Made by a program: the position numbers and the translations under genes
The notes under the pieces: generated by a model
The model's database searches: none
The model's input: the letters and a program-made list of their open reading frames with translations, nothing else
Told to the model about the DNA's origin: nothing
Part shown: positions 25,068-39,217 of the stretch, piece after piece
Numbering within the stretch: position 1 is the first letter of the stretch
Layout: each line of letters starts with the position of its first letter
From: Chiloscyllium plagiosum
Taxonomy: Eukaryota
Direction: 5' to 3'
NCBI RefSeq assembly: GCF_004010195.1
Contig: NC_057755.1
Location: 7,716,145-7,780,144, forward strand
DNA length: 64,000 nucleotides

Positions 25068-26283
25068 GTCATAGAGATGTACAGCATGGAAACAGACCAT
25101 TCGGTCCAACTTGTCCATGCCGACCAGATATCCTAACATAATCTAGTCCCATTTTCCAGCACCTGGCTCATATCCCTCCAAACCCTTCCTATTCATATAC
25201 CCATCCAGATGCCTCTTAAATGTTGCAATTGTACCAGCCTCCACTACTTCCTCTGGCAGCTCATTCCATGCACGCACCACCCTCTGTGTGAAAAAGTTGC
25301 CCCTTAGGTCTCTTTTATATCTTTCCCCTCTCACTTTAAACCTTTGCCCTCTAGATCTGGACTCGCCCATCCCAGAGGAAAGGCTTTGTTTACTTATCCT
25401 ATCCATACCCCTCATGATTTTATAAACCTCTATGAGGTCACCCATCAACCTTCGCTGCTCCAGGGAAAACAGCCCCAGCCTATTCAGCCTCTCTCTATCG
25501 ATCCACTCCTCCAATCCTGGCAACATCCTTGTAAATCTTTTCTGAACTCTTTCACGTTTCACAACATCCTTCTGGTAGGAAGGAGACCAGAATAGCATGC
25601 AATATTCCAAAAGTGGCCTAGCCAACCTCTCAACTCCTGAACTCAATACTCTGACCAACAAAGGAAAGCAGAACATTTATCTGAATTAAACGTCATCTGC
25701 TACTCCTCAGCCCATTCGCCCATCTGATCAAGGTCCCATTGTAATCTGAGGTAACCTTCTTCACTGTCCACTACACCTCCAATTTTGGTGTCATCAACAA
25801 ATTTACTTACTATACCTCTTATGTTCATATCCAAATAATTTATATAAATGATGAAAAGTAGTGGATAAAAGCAAATTACTGCGGATGCTGGAATCTGAAA
25901 CCAAAAGAGAAAATGCTGGAAAATCTCATTAGGTCTGGCAGCATCTGTAAGGAGAGAAAAGAGCTGACATTTTGAGTCTAACTGACCCTTTGTCAAAGCT
26001 GTAGTGTGTAGCTGAAAAGTAGTGGACCCAACACCAATCCTTGTGGCACTCCATTGGTCACAGGCCTTCAGTCTGAAAAACAACCCTCCACTACCACCCT
26101 CTGTCTTCTACCTTTGAGCCAGTTCTGTATCCAAATGGCTAGTTCTCCCTGTATTCCGTGAGACCTAACCTTGCTAACCAGTCTCCAGCGGGGAACCTTG
26201 CCAAATGCCTTACTGAAGTCCATATAGAACACGTCCACCACTCTGCCCTCATCAATCCTCTGTTACTTTTTCAAAAAACTCAA
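25068..26283 (-). mobile_element. CR1 LINE with nested hammerhead-family insertion (25866-26012)
   Basis: ORF 25143-25676 CR1 C-terminus; 14-bp duplication tgaaaagtagtgga flanks the insertion. Confidence 0.9.
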
Positions 26284-26979
26284 TAGATCTATTTTCATTA
26301 TATATTATGTGTTGTGAAATAGTAGGTATATCAGCATTATATACCTATGCTATCAAGCAATAGATATATTAATTTATATGTTATCAAGTGTTGGATATAT
26401 GATTCCTAACAGTTGCTGGAACATATACTTGAATATTGAGCCTTACATCATGTTAGAATTCTCGTCAGCACATTAAATGCACTGGTTCAGAAACATGGAC
26501 CTTTCCAAAGATAACTGGGAGTGGAAAAGAAATATGATTCTTCCCAGAGCCTTCCATATTCCTCATGATTTATTCTTGATATTATTCATACACTAATGCC
26601 TGTGAACTTGGTAACTGTGTTTACATTTCTCTGACAGGGTGTTTTGAAACGTTTAATGTTGATGAGACAGGGTGGTGCATTTAAGAAGAATCTTTGACCG
26701 AGGTGGGTCAGTGTTCCACACTGGTAACTGACAAGAACCAGGAACAACTTGTCTTCATCTTAGCATTTTGTCATGTCCTTCCACCCCTCCTGCTTGCCTT
26801 CCAATTACCTACATCATGTTTTCAATATGAAGCAAACCGAATGAATCTCTTTTATCTCATTTGTCATCAGCCTGCAAATATTACCTGAAACCTATTTTGT
26901 TCAAAGCATCTTCAAAGGCAATTGCTAATGCTGAGGACGAGGAAAGGGATTTTTTGCGATTTACAAAATGCAGACTTAC

Positions 26980-27144
26980 ACCCAATGATTTGTGTCTTCC
27001 CATCTGAGTCGCTGAGGCGGATCCTGCTCCAATGGGTAGGTCAGTCTGGGGGCTTTGATATCTCTCTGCAGTGTTACTTGTCCCAGATTCCGCAGTCAGA
27101 CAGGAACCAGAAACCCTAGGGTCACTGCTCAGCGAAGTCTCCAT
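26980..27144 (-). CDS. MS4A: MS4A-family gene, first coding exon (METSLSSDPR...QMGRHKSLG)
   Basis: Acceptor at 27161-27162, Kozak gacATGG, donor gtaagt; ends xxGxxKxLG like MS4A FLKGEPKVLG. Confidence 0.82.
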
Positions 27145-28029
27145 GTCCCAAGATGAAGACCTGCATGAACGAGAGGGAAGTGAATCAGATTTAAAGACTT
27201 AATGTTTCATGTTATTGGGAAGAAACTGAGTTCATTTCAGCCTGACAGTGGCTGTTTTGTGAAAACAAAATTAAGTTGCCAGACCATCTAAAGCAATCCA
27301 TTTGGAAGTTAGTTTTTTCCTTGAAGCCTCAAATGCTTTCAGTTTGGTTTGATTTAGCAATTCAGTTTACATAGCTTTGTGATTACTTCAGTTGTACTTA
27401 TTGAGGATTTTAGGTTTTTTTTGTCTCTTTATTCAGAGGAATAATTCAAGAGAACATTCTCTCCAAGTCTTCAAGTTTAGATGCTGGCAGCAATCCATTT
27501 TCAATCCATGTCTTTCTATACCCTCCCACGCTCCGATCTGTTACCTCCCTTGAAACATGACATGCCCAGCTTTAGTCCAAAGTGCCCTCTGCATTTATCA
27601 GATTTACCCAAACGGGCGACTGCGTTGGCAGCAGCCTTGGGCTGAATTTCACAGGGATTGGAACAATTACCTCCCTAGAGAGGTAATCCCTTGCTCGTCA
27701 TTCTGATGATGCACTCCATCATCCCTTCGTCCCAACATTGCTGCTTTTACTGCAAATCTCACCTTTACCTAACTACCCACATGTTTAAATTAAGTTGGAC
27801 ATTCAGAATTCATAATTTCAGTTCCTTCTGGGTTTTTTTTTGCCAGACTGATATCTCACTCCCTTCTTTTCAAGTTTCAGGTTACAATTTTGCCTACTTT
27901 TAAAAAATCTGTATCTTGCCTCACGAACCTAATGATGCAATAAAAAGGATATGCAAACATTTGTGCAAATATTGCAATAAAAATGATCAGTTAAAATGAT
28001 CGAAAGATCAGACAGCATTTTGCTGGTAA

Positions 28030-29195
28030 ATGGGCAAATGACGGCAGGACCCTGGGGATCACTAAGTTTTAAAGGAACCTGGGTGCTCATTTACCTTGCA
28101 TAAAATGGCAAAGAAAGCAAACTTACCCTTAGTAGTCGACAACATAGAGTTTAAGAGCAAGAAGGTTATATTTGAACTTCACAAAATGTTGGTTCAACCA
28201 CAGTTAGAGTATGGTGAGCAGTCCTGGAATCCACATGGTAGGAGGGATACGATAGCAGTGGGGAGAGTGCAGAGGAGATTTACCAGGATATTGCCTGGTG
28301 TGGAACAGAAGAGTTTTTCCAGGATGTTGCCTGATCCAGGGCAGAGGAGGTTTTCAGGATGTTGCGTGGGCTGGAGCAGAGAAGATTTTCCAAGATGTTG
28401 TCTGGTCTGGAGCAAAGGAGATTTAGCAGGATGTTGCCTGGTCTGGAGCAAAGGAGATTTACCAGGATATTGCCTGGTCTAGATCAAAGGAGATTTACCA
28501 GGATGTTGCCTGGTCTAGATCAAAGGAATTTACCAGGATGTTGCCTGGTCTGGAGCGAAGGAGATTTACCAGGATGTTGCCTAGTCTGGAGCAGAGGAGA
28601 TTTACCAGGATGTTTTCTGGTCTGGAGAGTTTCAGTCCTGAAGAGAGATTGGACAGACTGCAGTTGTTTTCCATCGGTCACAGAGGTACACATCTCTGAG
28701 ATATATAAAATTATGATGGCAGGGAGAAACTTTTCCCCTTATGGAGGGGGTTCAATGACCATGAGAATCGATTGAAGGTAAGGGGCAAGAGATTCAGAGG
28801 GGATGTGGGGAATTTAGATGAGAATGGTCTTGGAAAAGCACAGCAGGTCAGGCAGCATCCGAGGAGTTGGAAAATGATTTCCCTGCTCCTCTGCTGCTGC
28901 CTGACTTCTGTGCTTTTCCAGCACCACTCTGATGTTGACTCTGATTTCCAACATTGGCAGTCCTCACTCTTGGGGAATTTATTTTCACCCAGAGGTGGAG
29001 GGTATCCCGAACTCATTGTCCGTAAGGGTGGTCAAGGCAGAAATACTCATCACATTGAAGAAGTATTTAGGTATACACTAGCGATGCAGTAGTAGGCAAG
29101 ACTAGGATTCAAGTGCTGAAAAATGGGATTGGAATAGATAGGTATTTGACTGGCATCAACGTGATGGGACGAAGGACATTTTCCTGCAAACCTCT
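28030..29195 (+). mobile_element. Old CR1 fragment with internal 36-bp tandem array and hammerhead-family insertion (28817-28970)
   Basis: LVQPQLEY..W.P..RRFTRILPG; 11-bp duplication tggggaattta flanks the insertion. Confidence 0.85.
28270..28628 (+). repeat. ~10 x 36-bp minisatellite cagaggagatttaccaggatgttgcctggtctggag
   Basis: Directly visible tandem copies; unit encodes CR1 QRRFTRMLPGLE. Confidence 0.95.
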
Positions 29196-30224
29196 ATGTC
29201 TTTGACACAGAAAATGCATTTTGATATCAACGCTGCACTTGAACAGACTGAACCGACATTCAGTGGTTGTGATTTGTTGTCCGAGTTGGGGGAACTGCTG
29301 TATACACCAGCAAAGGACAGTCACACCAGCACACGACTCGCATTTTGTACAAAGTTCCGACTACATTTTTGGGGTGCAATTCGCTGGAACTTTCATGTAC
29401 AGTATATCGCGGGAGCAACAGAATATTCACTCAAGGAAAGTCATCACGTCGCTATATGTTGACAACTTGGAATGAAGATATTGATGAGATCGGTGCGAAC
29501 TGACTTCACCTCCCAAATCGACATTTCTCATTCAAAACCACTTTGCTGGAAGTGGCATCGGGCGAGGCATTCACTGGATCTCACTTTTGCACTGAGAGCC
29601 ATACCATTGAAAGATTACCATTAAAACCACACAGAGAGCATGCTGGAGAAATTCAGCGAATCTGACAACATTCGTGGAGAGAGAAACATTGTTAACCTTT
29701 CCAGTCCGGAGTAACTGGACTTCCCAGGTATTTCGTTTTTTTCAGAAAGATTATATTAATTGCAACATCAACAACAAAAAAAAAACCCAGAAATTGTTGA
29801 AAAAGCTCAGCAGTTCTGGCAGTATCTGTGCCGAGAAATCAGGGTTAACCTTTTCAGTTGAGTGACCCGTCCTCAGAATTTGTTCGGACACATTAACTCT
29901 GATTTCTCTGCACAGATGCTGCCAGACCTGCTGAGCTTTTCCAGCAATGGCTGTCTTGGCTCTGATTCCCAGCATTAATTCCAGTTGATCCCGAAAGCAA
30001 AAGAAAAGTAGTTTAGTTTTAAAAAAGGAATGATAGGAAATTTAAGGACAATCCCACCTGTGGTGGTCACTGACTTTGCATCGGGATCCTCAGACAGACG
30101 TTTGGGAAACGGATTCTCTGACCTGGCGACTTGTCCCCCTCTCGGCGCACACTCCGCTCACGGGCATGAGATTGTTCACTTCAGAGGGAATAACAGCAGA
30201 TTGTTAAAACCAGCCGCCAAGGGA

Positions 30225-30492
30225 TAAGATTAGATTCCCTACACAATGGAAACAGCCCAACAAGTCCACTCCGAGGAGTAACCCACCCAGACCCCTTTCC
30301 CTCTGACTAATGCACCGATTACTATGGGCAATTTAGCATAACCTGACCTGCATAGATTTGGATTGTGGAAGGAAACCGACGCAGACACTGGGAGAACGTA
30401 CAAACTCCAGACTGACGCCCGAAGCGGGAATCGAACCCGGGTTCCTGGTGTTGTAAGACAGCGGTGCGAACTACTGAGCCACCGTGCGGCCC
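30225..30492 (-). mobile_element. HE1-type SINE
   Basis: A/B boxes and tail on minus strand. Confidence 0.85.
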
Positions 30493-33029
30493 AAGTGAGC
30501 TGGAGGCCTTTTTGAGCAGCTGTAAAGCCAAGACCATTCCCACTATCTCCCCTGGCGTGCATTATCCTCAGTCTGATTGAGGTCCAGTCTGGATTCTCTT
30601 GTGATGAAGTTGGTGGTGTCCCTACCTCTGAGTCAGGAGGTCCTGGTTCAAGTTCCACTTGCCGCAGGAGGGTGGACTAACATCACTGAATAGGTTTATA
30701 CCCAAAACATATCTTTGTGAAAAACTGAAGGAGGAACCAATAATAAAGAGAAAGATATGCTAGAAGGATTCCCCTGGCCACCTGCACCCACTCAGCCGAA
30801 GCCGTTTGAGTAGAAATTTACAATGAATTAACTTGCTGCTCACGCTGCAATTGGGATCAGTAAAGAACTTTCAGCTCGTCGTATCGAAGTCTCAAGTCAA
30901 ACTGCTTAATAGTCAAGAAAAATGTTTAACGTGCCCGTTCTGAAAGGTCAATGGACTTGAAATGTTCATTGTTTTCTCTATCTTACAGATATTGCCAGAC
31001 CTGCTGAGTTGCCCCAGCATTTTTGTGTCTGTTTGAGTGTGTTTAATGTGCCTGTTTCGGTCCGACTTTAACCAAACGTCTCCAGTTTGACTCACTTACC
31101 TCGAAAGACTTTACAACAGCTGAAACACGCAGGGAAACTGTAGAGTTCGGCATGGCTCAGTGATGTGTACTGGCATCAAAGCCCCCTTATCTCGTTCACG
31201 AGGTAAAGCCTTTTTTTCACTGAGCACGGAAAACGACAAGCGATGGGTCTAACAAAAGATAGTTTTGGTGGTTTAAAACGGATATTGTTGCGAGATGATT
31301 TTGTGGCTGAGCGAGAGAGAGAGAGGACGCGTGGTCATCTTCTTGCTTCCGGTCCCCACATGATGTCCTCGCCTTGACCCATTCCCCGTGGTTTCTGCAG
31401 CTACAGACAGTGTGAGTGGGGAACAAGCTATGCCTGCCGCCTCAATGCACAGCTCAGAACTGTCAAAGGCTTTGCACATTGTTCAGTAGCCACATCCAGT
31501 GGTTTCAACACCTGTACTCGCTGAGGCAGGTGCCCATTTGAGTCCACCTTGACTCAAGGTAGCAGTTATCTCCCTCTGCCAAATCGCCAAATCTAATTCC
31601 TTATTCAACTTAAGTGTTTGGCCATTTCTCAGGTACACTTGTCTGCTGAAATAAATCGAAGATTTATAACCGAGTGAAGATTTTAAGGTAATGTCACAGA
31701 CTTGCTGTGGTACGTGCGAGACGACGTACAATTGGGAGGTGTCTATTTTATTAACACAGGATGAGGACGTCACTGGCTCCCCTTCCCTAATTACCCAGAG
31801 GGCAGTTAAGAGTCAACCATATTGTTGTGGGTCTGCAATCATATGTAGGCCAGACCAGGTAAGGATGGCAGTTTCCTTCCCTAAAGGACATGAGTGAACC
31901 AATGGGTTTCCACCACTCAGTGGACATTGGTTTCATCATCATCATTTGACTCTTAATGCAAGATGTCTTTTTCTGAACTGAAATCAAAATAGATGCAAGT
32001 TTGCTCGCTGAGCTGGAAGATTCATTTTCAAACGTTTCGTCACCATGCCGCCCATGGTGGGATTCGAACTCGGGTCCCCTAAAACATTTCTTTGCTCAAT
32101 AGTCCATTGATGGCACCACGAGGCCATTACCCACCCAATTACCTTTATTATGAAGGCTGCACACCTCAGTTGTGAGGTCAGGAAATATCTCCGGATTGAA
32201 ATGACAGCTGCCAGTTTCTTCCTCGATTGTTATTGGGGGATTCTTTCCACACACTGACACTGAGAGCATTTGGCTTTCCTGCCAACTGTATTCATGATGT
32301 AAGTGGAGTTAGGGATTGACTGGCCAATATGTAGCTGACGAACTGATGGACACTATCCAAAAGGTTTGCCACATCAGTTTTATTTTCCAATCCAACATCC
32401 CGCTGGTGTTGAAGCTGTTGCATTATGATTCCCCAAGGTCCATCTCGAAAGAATACTTTCATCCCCCCGAATAATTTGCTGCAGATTCCTAGAATTGGAT
32501 CTGTATAAGTCCATGTTGCTACACTGTCAGATTTTGTTTCTGAGAGTTTCTGGTCCCTCTCCAGTTACTTCTTTTTCTAAAACAGCAACAAAAAGAGTTA
32601 TAGAGTTTAATTAAATTGTACTTAATTTACAGTTTGCATTTTAATATGGTTATTAACTATTTACAGTTCTTACCCGTATCCACCTCTGCCTTTCATAATT
32701 AACTCACAATGACCTACTTACATTCGGATACCATTTGAGAAATCTTTTCTTAAAATAGAAAGTAGGTTTTCAGTTAAAGTGCTGTGGGCAGACCAACAAT
32801 CAAGACAGAATTGGTTCAGATTAAAGGTACCAAGGCTCAACATGAGGAACGTTTTTTTTACATGGCGAGGAGGTAATACCCGAAATTCTTGACTAACCAC
32901 ATTAAATTCATAATTTATTAAAAGCATCCCTTATTCGGTACCATACACTTGGAATTTCCAATAATGCCGAATTGTTGAAATACTAAGGTCAAGACATGAG
33001 AAAATTGGTTGGTACTTTTCCAAAAAAAA

Positions 33030-33865
33030 AATACATATTGAGGTTATACTGGTGAGGCCTGTTCTGGGAATTGTGTCCAGTTCTGATCTCCGTGTAATGG
33101 AAAGGATATTATTAAGCTGGAGAGGGTTCAGAAGAGATTTACCAGCATGGAAGAATTGAGTTATGAAGGAAGGTTGGACAGGCTGGGACTTCTTTTCACT
33201 GGAGTGTAGGAGGTTGAGCGGTGACCACATAGTGGTTTATAAAATCATGACGGATATCAATAGGGTTAATGGTTGGTGAATTTTCCCCTAGGCGGGGGAT
33301 TTCAAAGTAAGGAGGCATATTTTTAAGGTGATAGGAGAGAGATTTAAATAAGACATGACGTGCATTTTTTTTACAGAGGGTGGTTTGCACATGGAATGAA
33401 CTTCCAGAGGAAGTGGTGGGTGGGTGTAGAATTGCAATATTTAAGAGACACTTAGATAAGTACATGAGCAGGAAAGGTTCAGAGGGATATGAGCCAGGAG
33501 TAGGAAGGTGGGACTAGTTTAGTTTGGAATTATGGTCAGCATGGACTGGTTGGACCGAATGGTCTGTTTCCGTGCTGGATTACTCTATTACCAGAGGTCA
33601 CGCTTTTAAGGTGAGAGGTGAAAAGTTTAAGGAGGATGCACGCGGCAAGTTCACACAGAGGGTGGTGGGTGTCTGGAACACGTTGCCAGCAGAGTTGGGA
33701 GAAGCACTCACGATAGATTCATTTAAGATGGTCTAGACAGACACACGAATAGGTGGGGAGCAGAGGCTTAGGAATTGGGCGACAGGTTTAGACAGTGGAT
33801 TTGGATCGGCTCAGGTTTGGGGCCGAAGGGCTTATTCCTGGGCTGTACATTTTCTTTGTTCTTTT
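33030..33865 (+). mobile_element. Two adjacent CR1 3' fragments
   Basis: Repeated CR1 C-terminal and 3' UTR motifs. Confidence 0.85.
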
Positions 33866-36800
33866 TCCTTTGTACTGTATAAGGTGCAGTGAGGAGGCAA
33901 AACAAAATGTTTTATAATACATAGATTTATAGGGCGTGTGGCAATGACATGACGAGGACAGGAGGAGTTATGGTCCGTGAGCGCTGGGAGGACGAGACAC
34001 TACTTCCCAAAACTGACGTGAATAATTTTCAATCCCCAGCTCAAAGCAGGGTTCAGCCTCCAGTAAGTACTCAGGGAATGGCACATCACAGAAAAAAAAG
34101 GTCACAGAAAGCTTAAGGAATCAGCAAACTATTGTTTAATATCGCTCAGGGTAAGGACTTAGATTTTGACAGGAAAATAAACAGATATTATCGTTCACAT
34201 TGACAATGTGAGCTTTGCAACACATTTTGATCGTAGCAGAGGCAAGCTAGCACTGTCCAGAGTGAATGTTCGAATCGCTGACAGGAGCCACACTGGAAAG
34301 GGATTACAAGTGAAGAAGAAATGGGGAAAGAAGAAAGGTAGATCATGTAGATCGTACAAATCCATTCAGTAAAGATGGCCTGACAGATGGGTTCATTTAT
34401 ATTTGGAGCATTTTGTTAAAGAAGTGCAGTATACGGTTTGCAACTGAGCAGGGAAGGGTTTGCTTGGTAAGATATTGTTAGGCAGGATTAATTAATGATA
34501 CCTGATTTTGAAGTCAATTCCCCAGGTAACGGTGATCGTAATAAAGTGGTGCGTGGTAATAGCACAGTTCACATGGTACGATTTTGTGACTTGTTCTTGT
34601 GATTCGATTGTTCGGTTGTAGAAATTACATCTGAAACCTGAGTTCAGTGCTTGCGAGTAAACCCCCTGGGTCACCAGCTGGAGACAGGCAGACCACACAA
34701 CCTTCATATAATTCCAATTCAAAGATGAAGTTGTCTTTACCGGATAGGGTCATTAGCCCTTTCCTGAAGAAGGGATAATGCCCGAAGCGTCGATTCTCCT
34801 GTTCCCTAGATGCTGCCTGACCTGCTGCGCTTTTCCAGCAACACATTTCCATCTCATTATAAAGTGGTGTGAGACATAAAATGCCGGTGATAAATAACTG
34901 GAGACAGTCAGTCAGCAGAATTCCAGTACAAGTTTTGATTCGATCGATTTAATTATTTATTCATTGTCATGTGTATCTTGTTCTGAAAGCGCAGTGGAAA
35001 GTATTGTATTGTATCGACAGTCTCCGGCGCCATCTTCAAACACAAACCAAAACGTACTTGGGTTACTTGTGTGGTTTTCTATAATGAAGAATAACGGTGG
35101 AATTAAAATTGTATTTTCAACCTATCGAACGGGGTCTCGGTGTCACATTAAACGCAAGTGGGGTGGGGTTCTGTGAGAGACCTTCTGTCTGACTTGACCA
35201 TTTTTTCAATGGTGTGTTTGGAAATAGCCAGCCCGGTTAATGCTTGAGAAAGTTAGCAAGAGTCTGTGTCGGCTTTGGCACCCGTGAAGCACGAATTGCA
35301 TGTCGCCCATGAGAGGTCGAGCATTAAGTCCAGACCTGTGCTGGAATGGAGTAACACTAGATCGGAGGGGGGCTCATGGTGCAGAGGATTAGAACCTTGA
35401 ACCCAGTTCGTGACAAAACCATTAAGGAGAAGTCGACACATTAGCTGAAGATTAAAGCGAGAAACTCACAGCGAGTCTCAGTCAAAAGACAATTGGCTTC
35501 GTGCCTGTTTTGAGATCTGGATAAAGTTAAAAATCACACAACACCAGGTTATAATCCAACAGGTTTATTTCGAACTACAGACTTTCCGAGCGCTGCTCCT
35601 TCGTCAGATCATCGTGAGATCTGGTTGCAATTAGTTCCTTTTGCAGTTTGAACACATAACCGTATATTCATTTTCTGGTGGATGATGCACTCGCTACTTC
35701 ACAATATCAGGGACTTGGGTTCGATTCCAGTCTCGGGCGACTGTCGGTGTGCAATTTGCACGTTTTTCCTGTGTTTGCGTGGGTTTAATCCAAAAATGTG
35801 CAGGTTAGGTGACTTGGCCAGGCTGAATTGCCCATAGTGCATGAGCTAGGGGTAAGTGTAGAATAATAGGGTTTGGGGGAGGGGCGGGGTTGCTTTGGTG
35901 TGGGCTATTTCCACACTGTAGGGATTCTACGAATTCAAACTCATCAAGACGAGCTTTACAGGAATAACTTCGACGGAAGGAAAACCATGAATTATTGTGG
36001 AATAGCTGGTCACTGTAGAGAATTCACAGAGAGTAATGACATACCTTGTGACTTAGTTCCAAGCGAACCCTATTTGACTGGAATCAGGGAGTAGAATTCA
36101 ACTTCTAATGTATGTCGTTATGACCACAATGCCTCTCAATTAATGTAATGTTTTCACGTTATAACGTCTGCATTTGCTTGTGAAGCACATTATAATACAA
36201 TTGGTGAAAATGAGACAATGTTTTTTGCTTCAAATCTCCATTCATTCTAAAACATAAGCATCAAAGAAATTTCACCGCCAGCTTGACACTGAGATAGAAC
36301 AAAGGCTGGAAAGAATTCATTCAAGCTGAACAAAGGAATTGTCAAGGGGAATGGAAACACGCTTGGACATCGTGGAACAGGCTTGGGATAGAAAGGCCGG
36401 TTGATGATAAAACAGGGTCGATATTTCCGCAGACATTTCGCACATTCTCAATAAAGGCATGTTTTGTTGAGAGAGAGAGGAGAGATAATTACTCTCCAGA
36501 AATCAACCAAACTCAGGCCATCAGAAGTTCTGGATCATAAGAGACTCATAGAAATGTTCACAATTCAGCAAAAGTGAGCGATGACCCAGAAGATCTGTTT
36601 CATGTTATGAATGGCTATTAGAATAATAAGAAACATGGAAATGAAGTGTAAGGGTACAACGATTAAAATATTTGACCACACCACATTAACAATAACTTTC
36701 ACGCTTGTATAAAAAAGGAAAACAAATGTCAACCTGCCCTGCAGACGGTAAGGACTGGGGCAAGAATAATGACAAATGAGGACACGGGCAGTGGACTAAT

Positions 36801-37515
36801 TATTTAGTTAAAATAAAACAAAGAACTGCGGATGCTGGAGATCTGAAACAAAACGATGAGGAGTCACCTGATTCAAAAAGTTAACTTTGCTTTCTCCCCA
36901 CAGCTGCTGCCAGACCTGCTGAGTTTCTCCAGAAATTTCTGGTTTTGTTGCAAACTCTTCGTGTCTGTCCTCTCGGTAAAAGACACAACAACCGTCACAT
37001 CGATAACAGAAAAGGCACTGCCTCTTTACCTGAGATCCTTCACCCCACCTCACTCTGTGCGTCTCTCTCTCTCTATTTATATATATGTATCTGCCACCTC
37101 ACTCTGAGCATCTCTCTCTATATCTGCTTTCTCACTCGGTGCATCTCTACCGCCTCACTCTGTACATCTATCTTGCGTCCTTACTTTGTGCGTCTCTCTC
37201 TGTCTAAACTCCGCGCCCCGATTCATTCTGTGTCTCTACCACCTCACTTATTCACCTTTTCTTCTGTCTTGCCCTGCTATCCATAATCTCCTTGTTTGCC
37301 TACAACTTTCATATATTTTTTGCTGCCTGTGCTCAGACTCCACGTGTCTGTTAATCTCTCCCTTTACACCTGCTCTCTCAACTTTAGCTTTTTCCGAGTT
37401 ATTAACAGCTCAGAATATGAGTCACTGGACTCAAATGTTGACTTTGCTTTCTTAGAACATTTCTTTGGCCCTCGATATTGCGCTGACCTGTGAACTAATC
37501 TAAGACAATCCCCCT

Positions 37516-37770
37516 ACACCATCCCTTCATCATCCATATGCTTATCCAAGGACTGTTTAAACTCCCCTAATGTGGCTGAGTTAACTATATTGGCAGGCAG
37601 GACATTCCACGCCCTTACCACTCTCTGGGTAAAGAACCTGCCTCTGACATCTGTCTTAAATCTATCAGCCCTCAATTTGTAGCAGTTTGACGTGCAAACT
37701 GACGTCATCATCCTAGGAAAAAGACTTTCCACTGTCTACTCTATCGAATCCTCTGATCATCTTGTATGTC
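37516..37770 (-). mobile_element. CR1 3' fragment (same subfamily as 47838-48625)
   Basis: RFKTDVRGRFFTQRVVRAWN. Confidence 0.85.
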
Positions 37771-38879
37771 TTCTTTGGTTAGATGCTGCCAGACTTGCTG
37801 AGCATCTCCAACAAATTTTGCTTTTGCTTCAGATCTCCGGCATTATCAGTTCTTTGTTTTAATTTGTGAGAAATGGATAGAGTCTAGCAGAGGGAGAACG
37901 TTACTGTTAAAAGAGACTCTGTGTGTGAGAGAGAGAGACAGAGACAATGTGTGTGTGAGAGAGAAGACAGAGAGCTACAGATAGAATCCAGCAATGGATA
38001 ATTGTTCGAAGGGGAGTGTGAGTGAGTGTGTGTTTGTGCATGTGTGTGTGATACAGATATAGTCCAGCAGAGGGAGACTGTTACTGCTGAAGGGGACTGT
38101 GTATCGAATTTAAAGGTAAAGTCACCCCATACCAACGTGCTGCTCTCTCATCAGATACAACTGTTTGTGATTTAACCCGAGGGTGACCACGCCTCAGAGG
38201 ATGAGAGCGATTCAGAAGGAGGAACCTTCATGGTGACCTCAGCCAGGGCAGGAATTAAACTCACACGGTCACCGTCATTCTATGTCAGCAGCACCAGAGC
38301 CAACTGAGCATCGCTCTCTATCGACCCCTTCCCTCTGTCCATCTCTGTTTCTATCCATCTAACAAACCTCACTGCATGTGTCTTTCTCTCTCTATCTGTT
38401 TCAGTGTCTTGGTTTTCTTTGTCTCCACCCGTTCCTGTCTGACTTCGGCAGCCTTTCTCTCTTTTCTCTTTGTCTTCTCTACCTCTCACACATTCTCGGT
38501 GGTAGCTTCTCTGTCTCCCTCTCTTTGTCTGTCTCTGACTGCTTCCCTCCTTGTCTCTGTCTCTTGCAGCCTCACATCGTGTCCTCCTCTCCCTTGTCTC
38601 CCTTTGCCCTTTCACACTGTTCTGGTCTTCTCTCAGTCGCACATTCACAAATCTGACTCAGTGGGTCTGTTTTAAACAAAACCTCAGCTTTTCCACAATT
38701 ACTGTGATAGTTCTGCCCATTACTGCAGAGCAGACGGCTCAATGAAAACAAACAAACACATCCTTCATCAAAACACTTTTAAAAACCAGTGACCTTTCTC
38801 ATCACTAGGTGGTTACCAAGTTCCACAGGTTTCCCCTCCTCATTCCATTCTTCATTTCATTTTCACTAAGGCAGCAAAT

Positions 38880-39217
38880 AGAATAGAATCCCTAGTATGG
38901 GAACAGGCCAGTCGGCCCAAGAAGTCCAAACTGACCCTCCAAAGAGTAACCAATCCAGACCCATTGCCCTACCCTATTAATCTACATTTACCCCGACTAA
39001 TGCACATAACTTACACATTCCTGAACACTATGGACAATTTAGCATGACTAATTCACCTAACCTGCATATCTTTAGATTGTGGGAGGAAACCGAAGTAAAC
39101 CCACGCAGACACAGGGAGAATGTGCAAACTCCACACAGTTGGCCAACGCTGGAATCGCACCCAGGTCCCTGGCACTGTGAGGCAGCAATGCTAACCACTG
39201 AGCCACCATACCACCCT
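38880..39217 (-). mobile_element. HE1-type SINE
   Basis: A/B boxes, core and tail on minus strand. Confidence 0.9.
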
